Shown piece after piece: positions 41,773-52,670 of a stretch of 64,000 bases of DNA (position 1 is its first letter; each line of letters opens with the position of its first letter). The notes below the pieces were generated by a model that worked only from the letters and a program-made list of their open reading frames with translations, had not been told where the DNA came from and ran no database searches. Position numbers and translations under genes: made by a program. This stretch comes from an uncultured delta proteobacterium (GTDB lineage Bacteria > Desulfobacterota > Desulfobacteria > Desulfobacterales > UBA5852). The stretch is from positions 20,538-84,537 of the forward strand of contig CAWKLN010000020.1 in the NCBI GenBank assembly GCA_963850465.1. The letters are read 5' to 3'.

Positions 41773-44022
41773 ATGACCAGCAAATCTTCGCATTTATTCC
41801 GGGAACCCGATCCGGAAAAAGAGCGGCAGCGACGCAAACGTGAGCTTCTATTGATCCCCTGTGTCCTGGGAATCGTCGGCCTGCTGACGTTTATCGAAAC
41901 CCGCCTGATTCGATTTGGTGCCGATATCCCGGTGTCCAATACGATTCTGATGTTTATTTTGATAAACATCAATTTGTTGCTCCTGGTCCTCTTAATTTTC
42001 CTTGTTTTCCGCAACCTGGTTAAGCTGCTTTACGATCGACGGCGCAATGCCGTGGGCGCCAACCTGCGTACGCGACTAGTGGTGGCGTTTGTCGCTCTGA
42101 CCTTGCTTCCGACAACGATCCTATTCTTTTTCTCCATCAATTTCATCTCCACGAGCATCGAATTCTGGTTTAATGTGCCTGTCGAGCAAGCCTTGCAGAA
42201 ATCATTGAATGTCGGTCGCCTGGTATATGACCGCATAGAAAATAACAATCAGTTCTTCCTTGAGCGGGTAGCCTTTCAAATTGACACCAACAAGCTTTTC
42301 CAGGAAAAAAAGCTTAAAGCCCTGTCCCGTTATATCAAGGTCGTTCAACGTGAATTTCATATCGATGGCGTGGAGGTTTATGACCGGGAACTACAACGAA
42401 TAACCTTCGCGGTATCCTCCCGACTAGAAAACGAGACACTGCCCACCATCTCCGCGGAGGTGTTTGGTAAGGATGACGTGTTCAAAAAAGTCAGAACCCT
42501 AACCGAGTTCTCGCAGACAGGAGAACGTGTGCGGACTGTGGCAACGGTCCCTTTCGGTGTCAAAAGCCAGGAAGCGGATGGGTTTGTCGTGTTGTCCATC
42601 GTCGTCCCGCCGGCACTCGCAAACGATATGCAAGCGATTTCCCACGGTTTTGAAGAATATCAGCAGATTAAACTGCTAAAAAAACCCATCCAGATCACCT
42701 ATTATATTTCCTTGTCGATTGTTGCGTTATTGGTCGTTTTCTGTGCGGTCTGGTTCGGTTTTTACCTGGCGAAAAGTATTACCATCCCCATTATGGAACT
42801 GGCCGAAGGCACCCGACGTGTGGCGGATGGAGACTTGCAGGTTCACCTCGATCTGACGGCAAACGACGAGATCGGCATCTTGGTCAACTCTTTCAACAAG
42901 ATGACACGCGATCTTCGGACAGGCCGTGACCAGCTTGAACTTTCCGCCGATATGCTTAGCCAGCGCAACATTGAAATTGAAGCTCGGCGCCGATATATGG
43001 AAATCGTCTTGAAAAATGTATCGGCGGGCGTCATTTCACTTGACGCCCGTGGGATGTTTTCCACCATGAATACCTCCGCTGAAAGAATGCTCAACCTCAA
43101 CGCCGACGACATAATCAATCATAACTATTCGGAACTTTTAAAAGGACATTATCTCGAATTGGCGGGGGAAGTATTGCAAGAACTCAACTCCAGCAAGCGT
43201 GATACCGTCGAATTCCCCATCCGGCTTAACGTTCATGGACGTCCACGAAGCTTTCTTGTGAATTTGAACGCGCTGAAAGATGATACCGGGCACCACATGG
43301 GCGTGGTAATGGTTTTTGATGACCTGACGGAGTTGGAGAAAGCGCAACGCATGGCCGCCTGGCGTGAGGTCGCCCGCCGTATCGCACACGAAGTGAAAAA
43401 TCCACTGACACCTATCTCTCTTTCGGCCCAGCGGCTGAAACGGAAATATGCCAGCCAGATCGATGACCCTGTCTTTGACGAATGCACGCGTATGATCATC
43501 GATCACGTCGATCTCATCCGTAATCTGGTGAATGAGTTCTCGGCTTTTGCCCGCTTCCCCACGGCCGACCTGGCCGCCTGCCATCTACCGCCTATTATTG
43601 AAGAAACGGTTGCCCTTTTCAAAGAGGGCCATGAACATATACAATTCGAGACTAAAATTGAGGGCGATTTGTCAATCCCCCAGATGAATCTCGATCGTCA
43701 GCAAATCAAACAGGCCATGATCAATCTCGTTGATAACGCCATTGCCGCTGTGAAGGGTCGCGGCAAGGTCGAAATCAAACTGGCATATTTTCAAACGTGG
43801 AATCGATTGCGCATTGAAGTGTCCGACAACGGGCCAGGAATCTCTGATTCCGACAAATCCAGACTTTTTGAACCCAATTTTTCAACCAAAAAGGCCGGAA
43901 CCGGGCTGGGCCTGACCATTGTTAACACGATTGTTGCAGACCACCAGGGCACCATCAGTGTGGAAGATCGCAAACCCCACGGGGCTTGTTTTGTGATTGA
44001 ATTGCCCGTGCAGCCCGTGTGA
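41773..44022 (+). CDS. ntrY: NtrY-like sensor histidine kinase (TM-HAMP-PAS-HisKA-HATPase)
   Basis: HAMP (ELAEGTRRVADGDL), PAS, the H-box IAHEVKNPLTPI and G-boxes DNGPGI and GTGLGLTIV. Confidence 0.8.
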   Translation: MTSKSSHLFREPDPEKERQRRKRELLLIPCVLGIVGLLTFIETRLIRFGADIPVSNTILMFILININLLLLVLLIFLVFRNLVKLLYDRRRNAVGANLRTRLVVAFVALTLLPTTILFFFSINFISTSIEFWFNVPVEQALQKSLNVGRLVYDRIENNNQFFLERVAFQIDTNKLFQEKKLKALSRYIKVVQREFHIDGVEVYDRELQRITFAVSSRLENETLPTISAEVFGKDDVFKKVRTLTEFSQTGERVRTVATVPFGVKSQEADGFVVLSIVVPPALANDMQAISHGFEEYQQIKLLKKPIQITYYISLSIVALLVVFCAVWFGFYLAKSITIPIMELAEGTRRVADGDLQVHLDLTANDEIGILVNSFNKMTRDLRTGRDQLELSADMLSQRNIEIEARRRYMEIVLKNVSAGVISLDARGMFSTMNTSAERMLNLNADDIINHNYSELLKGHYLELAGEVLQELNSSKRDTVEFPIRLNVHGRPRSFLVNLNALKDDTGHHMGVVMVFDDLTELEKAQRMAAWREVARRIAHEVKNPLTPISLSAQRLKRKYASQIDDPVFDECTRMIIDHVDLIRNLVNEFSAFARFPTADLAACHLPPIIEETVALFKEGHEHIQFETKIEGDLSIPQMNLDRQQIKQAMINLVDNAIAAVKGRGKVEIKLAYFQTWNRLRIEVSDNGPGISDSDKSRLFEPNFSTKKAGTGLGLTIVNTIVADHQGTISVEDRKPHGACFVIELPVQPV

Positions 44023-44192
44023 TGATTTTCGCAGGAGTACCCTGGCAGATCAATCGACACAAACGCCGTCCCGGCTGACCCGCTCCGTCCACCGGCTACC
44101 AACTGGGTACCACCGTTTGCCGGAATGACCGTGATAGGGTATTTATTCTTCGGATTAATGATTAACCCCGCGTACCCGGAAGTTGAGGCGAT

Positions 44193-45554
44193 ATGTTCCC
44201 TTCAATACTAATTGTGGATGATGAACCCTCCATCGTGCAGTCCTTGAAAGGTCTTTTAAGAGATGAGGGCTTTGATGTGATGACCGCCCCGAATGGCTAT
44301 GAGGCGCTTAAGACAATCGAGAGCGACTCTCCTGACTTGGTGCTGCTGGACATCTGGATGCCCGGCATGGACGGTATTGAAACCCTGAAAGAAATCAAAG
44401 CCAACAATCCCTATATCCAGGTTATCATTATTACCGGCCATGGCAATGTTGAAACTGCTGTGAAGGCGACTAAGCTCGGCGCATTCGATTTAATCGAAAA
44501 GCCACTTTCCATCGATAAAGTGATTGTGGGCATTAATAATGCGCTCAATTTCAGGCGCTTGGAGGAAGAGAACCGATATCTTCGCAAAAAGACACTGGCC
44601 AAAAATTCCATTGACGGCAACAGCCCCAGCATAATGGCCTTAAAGCAGAACATCGCTGCCGTGGCTCCCACCGACACCTGGGTCCTAATTACCGGAGAAA
44701 ACGGCACTGGCAAAGAACTCGTAGCCCGGACCATTTATCAGCTTGGTCATCGCGCTGAAAAGCCTTTCGTGGATGTTAACTGTGCCGCCATCCCGGAAGA
44801 ATTGATTGAAAGTGAGCTATTCGGGCACGAAAAAGGGGCCTTCACCGGTGCCACGACCAAAACGCGCGGTAAATTTGAAATTGCCAGCGAAGGAACCATT
44901 TTCCTTGATGAAATCGGCGATATGAGCCTTAAAACCCAGGCCAAAATATTGCGTGTCCTGCAGGAACAACAGTTTCAGCGCGTCGGGGGCAGCCGCGTCC
45001 TCAAGGTCGATGTCCGTGTCATCGCGGCCACCAACAAAGATCTCGCCTTGGAAATCAAACAAGGCACCTTCCGCGAAGACCTTTACTATCGCCTTAACGT
45101 CGTTCCGATTGAAGTCCCCACGCTCCGGGAAAGAAAGGATGATATTCCCCTGCTGGTGGACCACTTTCTGGATGACTGCGCCATTCAAACCCGCGCCCGT
45201 CGAAAAAGCATTGATCCAGAAGCGCTGACCATTCTGTCAGCATATGGATGGCCGGGAAATGTCCGTGAATTGAAAAACCTGATTGAGCGATTGGGAATCC
45301 TTGTCCCGGGGGAACGCATCACGGCGGACGACATTCCCTCCAGTTACAGGGCGAAGGATCCGTCCCCATATTCAATCGAGAACGATTATCTTGCCATTAC
45401 CAATTTCAAGGATGCCAAAAGAACTTTTGAAGAAGCCTATATCCGTATAAAGCTGCGGGAGAATGACGGGAATGTCTCCCAGACGGCCCGACATATTGGC
45501 GTTGGCCGGAGTTATCTGCACAAAAAGCTCAAACAGTTCAATGTCCAGGATTGA
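44193..45554 (+). CDS. ntrX: Sigma-54-dependent response regulator (NtrX/NtrC-like: REC, AAA+, Fis-type HTH)
   Basis: ILIVDDEPS...LLDIWMPGMDG, the Walker A GENGTGKE, GAFTGA, and the C-terminal HTH NVSQTARHIGVGRSYLHKKLK. Confidence 0.85.
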   Translation: MFPSILIVDDEPSIVQSLKGLLRDEGFDVMTAPNGYEALKTIESDSPDLVLLDIWMPGMDGIETLKEIKANNPYIQVIIITGHGNVETAVKATKLGAFDLIEKPLSIDKVIVGINNALNFRRLEEENRYLRKKTLAKNSIDGNSPSIMALKQNIAAVAPTDTWVLITGENGTGKELVARTIYQLGHRAEKPFVDVNCAAIPEELIESELFGHEKGAFTGATTKTRGKFEIASEGTIFLDEIGDMSLKTQAKILRVLQEQQFQRVGGSRVLKVDVRVIAATNKDLALEIKQGTFREDLYYRLNVVPIEVPTLRERKDDIPLLVDHFLDDCAIQTRARRKSIDPEALTILSAYGWPGNVRELKNLIERLGILVPGERITADDIPSSYRAKDPSPYSIENDYLAITNFKDAKRTFEEAYIRIKLRENDGNVSQTARHIGVGRSYLHKKLKQFNVQD

Positions 45555-45556
45555 GC

Positions 45557-46102
45557 ATGCGCGTTATTGCCGGACATTTCAGGGGCACCCGACTCTACGC
45601 TCCGTCGGGTATGGACATTCGTCCAACAGCGGATCGCTTGCGTGAATCGATATTCAATATCATCGGACCCCGGATACGTGGGAAACAGGTGCTGGACCTT
45701 TTTGCCGGCACCGGCGCCATGGGGATCGAAGCGCTGAGCCGGGGCGCGGCGCACGCCGTCTTTATTGACAACCATCCTCAGGCACTGGAATTGATTCGCC
45801 GCAACATCACCAAAGTGAGGGCCGGTGAACGCACGACCGTCATTTCCTGGGACATTGCCCGGAATCTTCAGTGCCTCCGCGATCACTCGCTCAGCGATAT
45901 AATTTTTATGGACCCGCCTTACCGCCGGGGCCTTATCCAGAACACGCTTAATTATTTACAAGCCAACACAACCGGCGTTAAAATGATTGTCGTGGAACAT
46001 GCCGCTAAAGAATCGTTGCATGATCTGCCGGAGCGATTGCTTCTGGTAGATCAGCGCCGGTATGGGAAAACGCTTGTTTCCTTTTTGAGCAGTATGGTAT
46101 AG
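45557..46102 (+). CDS. rsmD: 16S rRNA (guanine966-N2)-methyltransferase RsmD
   Basis: MRVIAGHFRGTRL, IRPTADRLRESIFNI, DLFAGTGAMGIEALSRGA and DPPY. Confidence 0.85.
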   Translation: MRVIAGHFRGTRLYAPSGMDIRPTADRLRESIFNIIGPRIRGKQVLDLFAGTGAMGIEALSRGAAHAVFIDNHPQALELIRRNITKVRAGERTTVISWDIARNLQCLRDHSLSDIIFMDPPYRRGLIQNTLNYLQANTTGVKMIVVEHAAKESLHDLPERLLLVDQRRYGKTLVSFLSSMV

Positions 46103-46183
46103 CCGGAACGATTTCACCAACACAGTGGTGGCCCGAAAAAACGTTTACTATTTGTACAACCATTCTGGAGGGTTTCCATTCGA

Positions 46184-46675
46184 ATGCCTAAACTGGCGAT
46201 CTATCCCGGCTCCTTCGACCCTGTCACCAACGGTCATGTTGATATCATCGTCCGCGGCCGCAAAATCTTCGACCACATCATCGTTTGTATTCTGAACAAT
46301 CCCACAAAAAATGCCCTCTTCACGGTCGATGAGCGTATGGACATGCTCAACGCGAGTCTGAACGGCATTCAAAACGTCGAGATAGCAACGTATGACGGCC
46401 TATTGGTGGATTTTGCCGTCCAGCGCAAAGCCAACGCGATCCTTCGTGGCATGCGCGCCGTATCCGATTTTGAATATGAATTCCAGATGGCGCTCATGAA
46501 TCGTCGTCTCAACCGAGATATCCAAACGGTTTTTTTAATGACCGGGCTGCGGTGGATTTTTACCAGTTCATCCATCATCAAAGAAGCCGCCCGGTTTGGT
46601 GGCAACATCACTGGCATGGTTCCCAAAATCGTCCAAAACAAACTTAAAGAAAAATTTTCTACGGCTCGTCTCTGA
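46184..46675 (+). CDS. coaD: Pantetheine-phosphate adenylyltransferase
   Basis: AIYPGSFDPVTNGHVDII and ILRGMRAVSDFEYE. Confidence 0.95.
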   Translation: MPKLAIYPGSFDPVTNGHVDIIVRGRKIFDHIIVCILNNPTKNALFTVDERMDMLNASLNGIQNVEIATYDGLLVDFAVQRKANAILRGMRAVSDFEYEFQMALMNRRLNRDIQTVFLMTGLRWIFTSSSIIKEAARFGGNITGMVPKIVQNKLKEKFSTARL

Positions 46676-46682
46676 AGCGATT

Positions 46683-47588
46683 ATGGATCTTTGGCAGCTT
46701 CAAATTTTTTGCAAAGTCATTGAATTGGCAAGTTTCAGTAAAGCCGGTCAAGCCATTCACCTTTCCCAGCCAACGGTCAGCAGCCACATCAAAGATCTGG
46801 AGCAGCATATCGGATGCCCTCTCATTGACCGCCTGTCCCGCCGGGCAGTTCCCACCAAAGCGGGTGAATTGCTCCACGCCTATGCTCTTCGGATTCTGGC
46901 ATTGCGTGATGAAACCGAAACCGCCCTGGCCGCATACCAAGGTCATTATAAAGGACGATTGCAGGTTGGCGGCAGTACGATTCCCGGAGGATATCTTCTG
47001 CCCAAAATCATCGGAGGCTTTAACCAGGTCTATCCCAACATACGGATTGCGCTGATGATTGGGGACTCGAGGAGCATCGTACACAAAACCCTGGCGGGGA
47101 AAATAGAAATGGGGGTTGTCGGGGCGCGCTTTCCCGAACGCCACTTATCTGAAACCGCCTTGACGCACGACACGCTGAAGCTGATTGTCCCCCGGAATCA
47201 CCATTGGTCCGAAAGATCTTCCATCGAAATCGATGATTTGCGCCAGCAACCCATGATTGTCCGGGAAAAGGGTTCCGGAACACTTCAAGCATTAAAAAAC
47301 GCCCTCCAAGCAAGGGGCCTGAGTCTGCATGACCAGTTTCATATTATTGCCGAAATAGGAAATACGGCCGGGGTCATCGCGGGAATAAAAAGCGGACTGG
47401 GGGTGTCCATCCTGTCGACAAGAGCGATCGAGGATGATCTCAAACATCAGAGGTTAGTCGCCCTGGATATCAAGGGCATCAAGCTTCAACGGCAATTTTA
47501 TCTCGTTTCGGACCAACGTCGAACGCTTTCACCGCTTGCACGCGCTTTTCAGAAATATATCATGCAACACGTACGCGACGATCTGTGA
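46683..47588 (+). CDS. LysR-family transcriptional regulator
   Basis: The N-terminal HTH is LQIFCKVIELASFSKAGQAIHLSQPTVSSHIKDLE, followed by a substrate-binding domain. The start is the ATG at 46683. Confidence 0.9.
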   Translation: MDLWQLQIFCKVIELASFSKAGQAIHLSQPTVSSHIKDLEQHIGCPLIDRLSRRAVPTKAGELLHAYALRILALRDETETALAAYQGHYKGRLQVGGSTIPGGYLLPKIIGGFNQVYPNIRIALMIGDSRSIVHKTLAGKIEMGVVGARFPERHLSETALTHDTLKLIVPRNHHWSERSSIEIDDLRQQPMIVREKGSGTLQALKNALQARGLSLHDQFHIIAEIGNTAGVIAGIKSGLGVSILSTRAIEDDLKHQRLVALDIKGIKLQRQFYLVSDQRRTLSPLARAFQKYIMQHVRDDL

Positions 47589-47849
47589 GAATTTTCCATC
47601 AAGACCGCAAACCGCCGGGTGACCCAAAGAATAGGGCTGGAAACGTTTTCCATTAACGCGTCGGATACCCGACCTCACGAGACCCAGCATTGTTTGAACA
47701 CATTCTAGCGATATATGAAATACACTGGGAATCCGTGTTGCCGCGCGGGGTTCGACACCGCCGGTGGACAGCCCCTATTAAAGATAATGAATCTCGCTTT
47801 TCATTATGAAAAACCATGAAAAGCCGGATAGCGATAGGTTTGTAACCTG

Positions 47850-48509
47850 TTAAAGCCCGCCCCAGCCTTCCTCACCAACCAGTTTGACAAAACGGCATCC
47901 ACCCAGGCTGGATTGATGCCATCCCCGTTCGTCTTTGATGATTTTAATCAAATCCTGAGTATACTGGTTGCCGACGGGAAGAATCATTCGCCCCCCCACG
48001 GAGAGTTGTGACAATAAAATATCAGGTATGCGTGGGGCGCCCGCCGTCACAATGATCGCATCAAACGGGCTTTCTTCCTTCCATCCCATGGTGCCGTCCG
48101 AATACCGCGTCACAATATTGTGATACGGCATGGCGTCGAAAAGTTTTCGTGCGCGGCGATAAAGCGTATGCAAACGCTCAACCGTGTATACCCGATAGGC
48201 AATTTCTGCCAGAACCGCAGCCTGGTATCCTGAGCCGGTGCCAATTTCCAGGACACGATCATTCGGAGTGAGTTCAAGCGCCTGAGTCATTTCCGCGACG
48301 ATAAATGGCTGCGAAATGGTCTGCTGTTCACCGATCGGCAACGGATGATCCTCATAGGCTTTGTGCCGAAGGGCTTCGCTGACAAATAAGTGGCGCGGCA
48401 CCCGGCGCATGGCCGCAAGTACCCGAGGGTCGGATATATTACGCGCTTCGATCTGCCGCTTGACCATCTCCTCGCGTCGGCGATCATATGTGTGTCCGAA
48501 ATCTGCCAT
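47850..48509 (-). CDS. pcm: Protein-L-isoaspartate O-methyltransferase
   Basis: RVPRHLFV, QTISQPFIVAEM, VLEIGTGSGYQAAVLA and IIVTAGAP. The start is the ATG at 48509, or 48545. Confidence 0.9.
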   Translation of the reverse strand: MADFGHTYDRRREEMVKRQIEARNISDPRVLAAMRRVPRHLFVSEALRHKAYEDHPLPIGEQQTISQPFIVAEMTQALELTPNDRVLEIGTGSGYQAAVLAEIAYRVYTVERLHTLYRRARKLFDAMPYHNIVTRYSDGTMGWKEESPFDAIIVTAGAPRIPDILLSQLSVGGRMILPVGNQYTQDLIKIIKDERGWHQSSLGGCRFVKLVGEEGWGGL

Positions 48510-48748
48510 GGAGTGGTGTTTAGCAGTGGACCTCGGTTTCGTCAAGAATCACGGCATGAACGCGTATCACCTCTCCGGTGAATAGGACACACCATCTCGC
48601 GGTATCGATTGTCCTATCATTCCTTATCCCCGGTTTTGGAAACGATCGGCGATATGGTCTGAGGGCGCGGGCTTCATGGACGCTTTGACAATGGCTGAGA
48701 ATCACCCTATCGACGGTCGATTATAGCAAAGTTCGCTCAGTCGATGTT

Positions 48749-49064
48749 ATGGGGCACATCTTTACCCTGTTCATCGTCCTGATCGGTGTTGGATTAAACC
48801 TGCACCTAGCCAGAGCAGTTGTACAGTTCATGGTGAAAGGTCGAATTGATCAAATTCTCGGGAGACAACGGTTGGGCAGAAAAATCACCCCATCGTTTGT
48901 GGGTACGATCGCATCGGCTGGGTGCTGACTCGGAATTTGGCAGGGAGACACCCTAGTTGCCGTTGGTGAGGAACACAACCTTTTGGCTTTAGCAAACGAG
49001 CTCAATCATGGCGTCGGATAGCCCCCATGATATCGGAATCCGCCACATCCGCTATATTTTATAA
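48749..49064 (+). pseudogene. Decayed fragment of a K+ transport/channel protein with an RCK (TrkA-N) domain
   Basis: My own three-frame reading gives ...IDQILGRQRLGRK / NHPIVCGYDRIGWVLTRNLAGRHP / LVAVGEEHNLLALANELNHGV / SDSPHDIGIRHIRY. The pieces lie in successive frames and are separated by stops. This resembles a Rossmann-type RCK N-terminal domain. Confidence 0.35.
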
Positions 49065-49639
49065 ATGATCCGTTTGTCAGTTATAATAATGTCCACGTGC
49101 TTGTCATGTGATTCGGCAGGAATTTGAGGAACGACCTGTTCCTCCAGGGCCAGCGATACCTTGCGTGTCGTAATCGGCAATTTCGGAATCAGGCGATCAT
49201 AGTAGCCATCTCCCGCCCCCAGGCGCCCCCCCTTTTCATCCACGGCAACGCCGGGGATGATTGCGATATCGATACATTCCATCGGCACTTCACGACAGCG
49301 CTGCAGGTTCGGTGTTAATAGGCCGCCAGGGCCTACGACCAAATCCCGGCTGGAATCGTCGACCTTCAATAATCGAACGCTTCCCTTCTCCGGCTTAAAA
49401 ACTGGCAAAATAATGATTTTCCCGTAATCGTGCGTTTTTATGAGTATATTCTGGGTATCGACTTCATTCTTGTCGCTCACATACAGCAGCACAATGCGAG
49501 ATTCCAGAAAATTAGCGAAATCGAACAACCGTGTTTCAATTTCGGTGATTCTGGCCCGGTGTTCTTCTTCTGAGAGGGCACTAATTGATTTCTCGATTGT
49601 TTCGCGCAGTTCCCGCTTTGCTTCCCGAATCTCCTCCAT
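49052..49639 (-). CDS. 5-formyltetrahydrofolate cyclo-ligase
   Basis: KRELRETI..., IPGVAVDEKGGRLGAGDGYYDR. The start is the ATG at 49639 (MEEIREAK). Confidence 0.85.
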   Translation of the reverse strand: MEEIREAKRELRETIEKSISALSEEEHRARITEIETRLFDFANFLESRIVLLYVSDKNEVDTQNILIKTHDYGKIIILPVFKPEKGSVRLLKVDDSSRDLVVGPGGLLTPNLQRCREVPMECIDIAIIPGVAVDEKGGRLGAGDGYYDRLIPKLPITTRKVSLALEEQVVPQIPAESHDKHVDIIITDKRIIYKI

Positions 49640-49813
49640 GGTAACCCCCGGCTTTATTCTTGGCACCGACCCGCTGCTGGAATACTGTGTAATCGATTCA
49701 ACCAGCAATAATAATTGACTATTTTAACGACAGGTGTTAGCCTTCGCATTCGGTTTGCAGGTCGTCTGAGTCGATATGCGATATTTGAATAACTATAGAT
49801 AATAGGTATTAAT

Positions 49814-51088
49814 ATGCTCGGAATCAAGTTCGTCCGCCAAAATTTGACGAACGTCCAAAAAGCGATTGAAAACCGTGGCGACCGCATTGATTGGGAGGCC
49901 CTGATCAATGCGGATGATATGCGAAAAAATATTTTGCTTGAAATCGAAGCATTGCGCCATAAGCGCAACGTCGTGTCGGATCAAATCGCTGAAATGAAAA
50001 AAAAGGGCGAAGCGGCAGAAGAGGCGGTTGCCGAAATGCGTGAAGTGTCCGGCCGGATAAAGACGCTTGACAACACCCTGTCCGAAAACGACGCAATCAT
50101 ACAAACGATCCAGATGCAAATCCCCAACATGCCGCATGAATCGGTCCCGATTGGTAGGGATGAAAATGACAACCCTGTCATCCGTACGGTCGGAACGCTG
50201 CCGGATATGAATTTTGAACCCAAAGCCCATTGGGATATCGGCGAACTTCTTGGCATCCTTGATTTTAAACGCGCCGCACGGATCACGGGCGCGCGTTTTC
50301 CGCTTTATCTTCGTCAGGGCGCCTTGATGGAACGGGCGCTGATCAATTTCATGCTTGATCTCCATGTAAACCACCACGGCTATCAGGAAATCCTGCCCCC
50401 TTTCATTGTCAATCGCAACAGCCTGACACATACGGGTCAGCTCCCCAAATTTGAAGCGGATCTGTTCAAACTTGAGGGAACGGATTATTTTCTCATCCCA
50501 ACAGCCGAAGTGCCTGTCACCAATATCCATCACAGCGAAATCCTGCAGGAAGAGGATCTACCGCTCTACTACACCGCGTATACCCCTTGCTTTCGATCGG
50601 AAGCCGGATCGCATGGCAAGGATACCCGGGGACTGATTAGGCAGCACCAGTTCAACAAAGTCGAATTGGTGAAGTTCACTAAGCCTGAGAATTCCTATGA
50701 TGAACTTGAGCAACTTCTGCAAAATGCGGAAGCGGTTCTCCAGCGACTGGAACTCCCTTATCGTGTCATCACCCTGTGCACAGGCGATCTTGGTTTCTCA
50801 TCCGCCAAAACTTACGACATTGAAGTATGGATGCCGGCTCAGGGGGTCTACCGCGAAATATCATCTTGCAGTAATTTTGAAGATTTCCAGGCCCGTCGAG
50901 GGGATATTCGTTTCCGCCGGAATGGGCGCAAAGGAACGGAATACGTCCACACGCTGAATGGCTCAGGACTGGCCGTCGGACGAACTTTCGCAGCCATCCT
51001 TGAAAACTGTCAGCAGGGCGATGGGTCTGTCGTGGTGCCGAAAGCGTTACGTCCTTACATGCGGAACATGGAAAGCATCTCACATTGA
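49814..51088 (+). CDS. serS: Serine--tRNA ligase
   Basis: 424 aa with an N-terminal coiled coil and class II motifs ([34 protein letters not shown]). Confidence 0.95.
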   Translation: MLGIKFVRQNLTNVQKAIENRGDRIDWEALINADDMRKNILLEIEALRHKRNVVSDQIAEMKKKGEAAEEAVAEMREVSGRIKTLDNTLSENDAIIQTIQMQIPNMPHESVPIGRDENDNPVIRTVGTLPDMNFEPKAHWDIGELLGILDFKRAARITGARFPLYLRQGALMERALINFMLDLHVNHHGYQEILPPFIVNRNSLTHTGQLPKFEADLFKLEGTDYFLIPTAEVPVTNIHHSEILQEEDLPLYYTAYTPCFRSEAGSHGKDTRGLIRQHQFNKVELVKFTKPENSYDELEQLLQNAEAVLQRLELPYRVITLCTGDLGFSSAKTYDIEVWMPAQGVYREISSCSNFEDFQARRGDIRFRRNGRKGTEYVHTLNGSGLAVGRTFAAILENCQQGDGSVVVPKALRPYMRNMESISH

Positions 51089-52587
51089 AACTTCACGATT
51101 TTCCTGAAGCTATCCAGCCTTATTTGATCCCCCGACCCGGGGGTGAAATGGTGTATCGCTGCCTTGGGTGTGAAGAAACTTTCGGAATCGACGAACTACA
51201 CTATGTCTGCCCTCGCTGTCATCAGGTGCTATTGATCGAAGACCTCCAGGCCGATCGTCTGCATGATCTCCCCGGTTCGACCTGGCACCAGATTTTTGAT
51301 TACCGGAAGATGCTGACCGACCCTGCCCTCAGGGGAATTTATCGCTACCACGAATTTGTCGGCCCCATGCTGCCGCTAAACAGCATCGTTTATCTGGGGG
51401 AAGGCCATACCCCCATGATACAAAGCAACGCCCAGCTCCGCGAACGCGTCGGTGTCAACTTGTACTTCAAAAACGATGGCCAGAACCCCAGCGCATCCTT
51501 CAAGGACCGGGGCATGGCCAGCGCATTCAGCTATTTGTCCTACATGATCGGAACCGGTCAACTATCCGATGTCCTCGCTATTTGTGCTTCTACCGGCGAC
51601 ACCAGCGCCGCGGCAGCACTCTATGCCGCCTACTTGCAGAAGGATATCAAGTCCGCTGTTTTGCTGCCTCACGGGAAAGTTACCCCACAGCAGCTGTCCC
51701 AACCTCTGGGTAGCGGTGCACAGGTTTTTGAAATCCCTGGAGTATTTGATGATTGTATGAAGGTTGTGGAAAAACTCTCCGAAAATTATCGCGTTGCCCT
51801 GCTTAACTCCAAAAATGCCTGGCGGATTCTTGGTCAGGAATCCTATGCCTATGAAATTGCCCAGGATTTTGACTACGCTTTGGAACAAATCGTAGTGGTT
51901 ATTCCCATCGGCAATGCCGGTAATATTACGGCCGTCATGCGCGGCTTTCTTAAATTCTTGGATGCCGGTATAATTTCCAGGCTGCCGAAAATCATCGGCG
52001 TCCAGTCCGAACATGCCAATCCGGTGTATCGCTATTACCGTGAACCGGAACCTGACAAACGCCGCTTTGAACCGGTCACGGTGCGGTCCAGCGTTGCGCA
52101 GGCCGCAATGATCGGCAACCCGGTCTCCATGCCGCGCGTCATCCAACTGGTGGAACAATACCAACAGCGCTCAGCGAAACCGAATGTGTTTTTTGTCGAG
52201 GTGACCGAACAGGCCATCATGGACTGGGGATTGTCGGCCAATCGAAACGGCCACATTGCCTGCACCCACGGGGGCGAATGTCTGGCCGGGCTGGTGGCGG
52301 CCATCAAGGCCGGTCACGTAACGGCGGATGAAACCGTCGTTTTAAATTCTACCGCCCACGCATTGAAATTCGCCGGATTTCAAGACCTGTATTTTCAAGA
52401 TCGATTTCCCCCTGAATTCCAGGTAAAACCGAAATCAGCGCTGCAAAATGCTCCCTTCCTGGTCTCTCCAAAAGACATCGATCGCTTGCCTGAAGCCGGC
52501 AAACCCTTGGAAGGAAAAGACTTTGAGCGGTTTGTTGACCACGTCGCGCAGGACATTGCCTTGGCTTTGCATTTAAAAAGCCGCTGA
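51085..52587 (+). CDS. thrC: Threonine synthase (long form with an N-terminal Cys4 zinc-ribbon-like segment)
   Basis: The PLP lysine motif [12 protein letters not shown] is present, and the N-terminus has CLGC...CPRC. The TTG at 51085 overlaps the serS stop. An alternative ATG lies at 51148. Confidence 0.85.
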   Translation: MKLHDFPEAIQPYLIPRPGGEMVYRCLGCEETFGIDELHYVCPRCHQVLLIEDLQADRLHDLPGSTWHQIFDYRKMLTDPALRGIYRYHEFVGPMLPLNSIVYLGEGHTPMIQSNAQLRERVGVNLYFKNDGQNPSASFKDRGMASAFSYLSYMIGTGQLSDVLAICASTGDTSAAAALYAAYLQKDIKSAVLLPHGKVTPQQLSQPLGSGAQVFEIPGVFDDCMKVVEKLSENYRVALLNSKNAWRILGQESYAYEIAQDFDYALEQIVVVIPIGNAGNITAVMRGFLKFLDAGIISRLPKIIGVQSEHANPVYRYYREPEPDKRRFEPVTVRSSVAQAAMIGNPVSMPRVIQLVEQYQQRSAKPNVFFVEVTEQAIMDWGLSANRNGHIACTHGGECLAGLVAAIKAGHVTADETVVLNSTAHALKFAGFQDLYFQDRFPPEFQVKPKSALQNAPFLVSPKDIDRLPEAGKPLEGKDFERFVDHVAQDIALALHLKSR

Positions 52588-52670
52588 ACGATCAAATCCG
52601 AGGCGGATGAATTGCCGCCGCTGCGGAACACAAATCATTCTTTTTAAATTTGTCCTATGAGGAATGCCTA

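Noticed and set aside
47735-47775. A GGGGTTCGACACCGCC stretch that resembles a tRNA T-arm.
   Set aside because: The flanking sequence offers no matching acceptor stem, D-arm or anticodon arm, and the T-stem pairing is imperfect. At most this is a fragment, not a tRNA gene.
49640-49813. Possible 6S RNA upstream of the 5-formyltetrahydrofolate cyclo-ligase gene, as in the E. coli ssrS-ygfA arrangement.
   Set aside because: Only about 174 bp are available, and they are shared with the divergent serS promoter. I could not see the long imperfect duplex with a central bubble.
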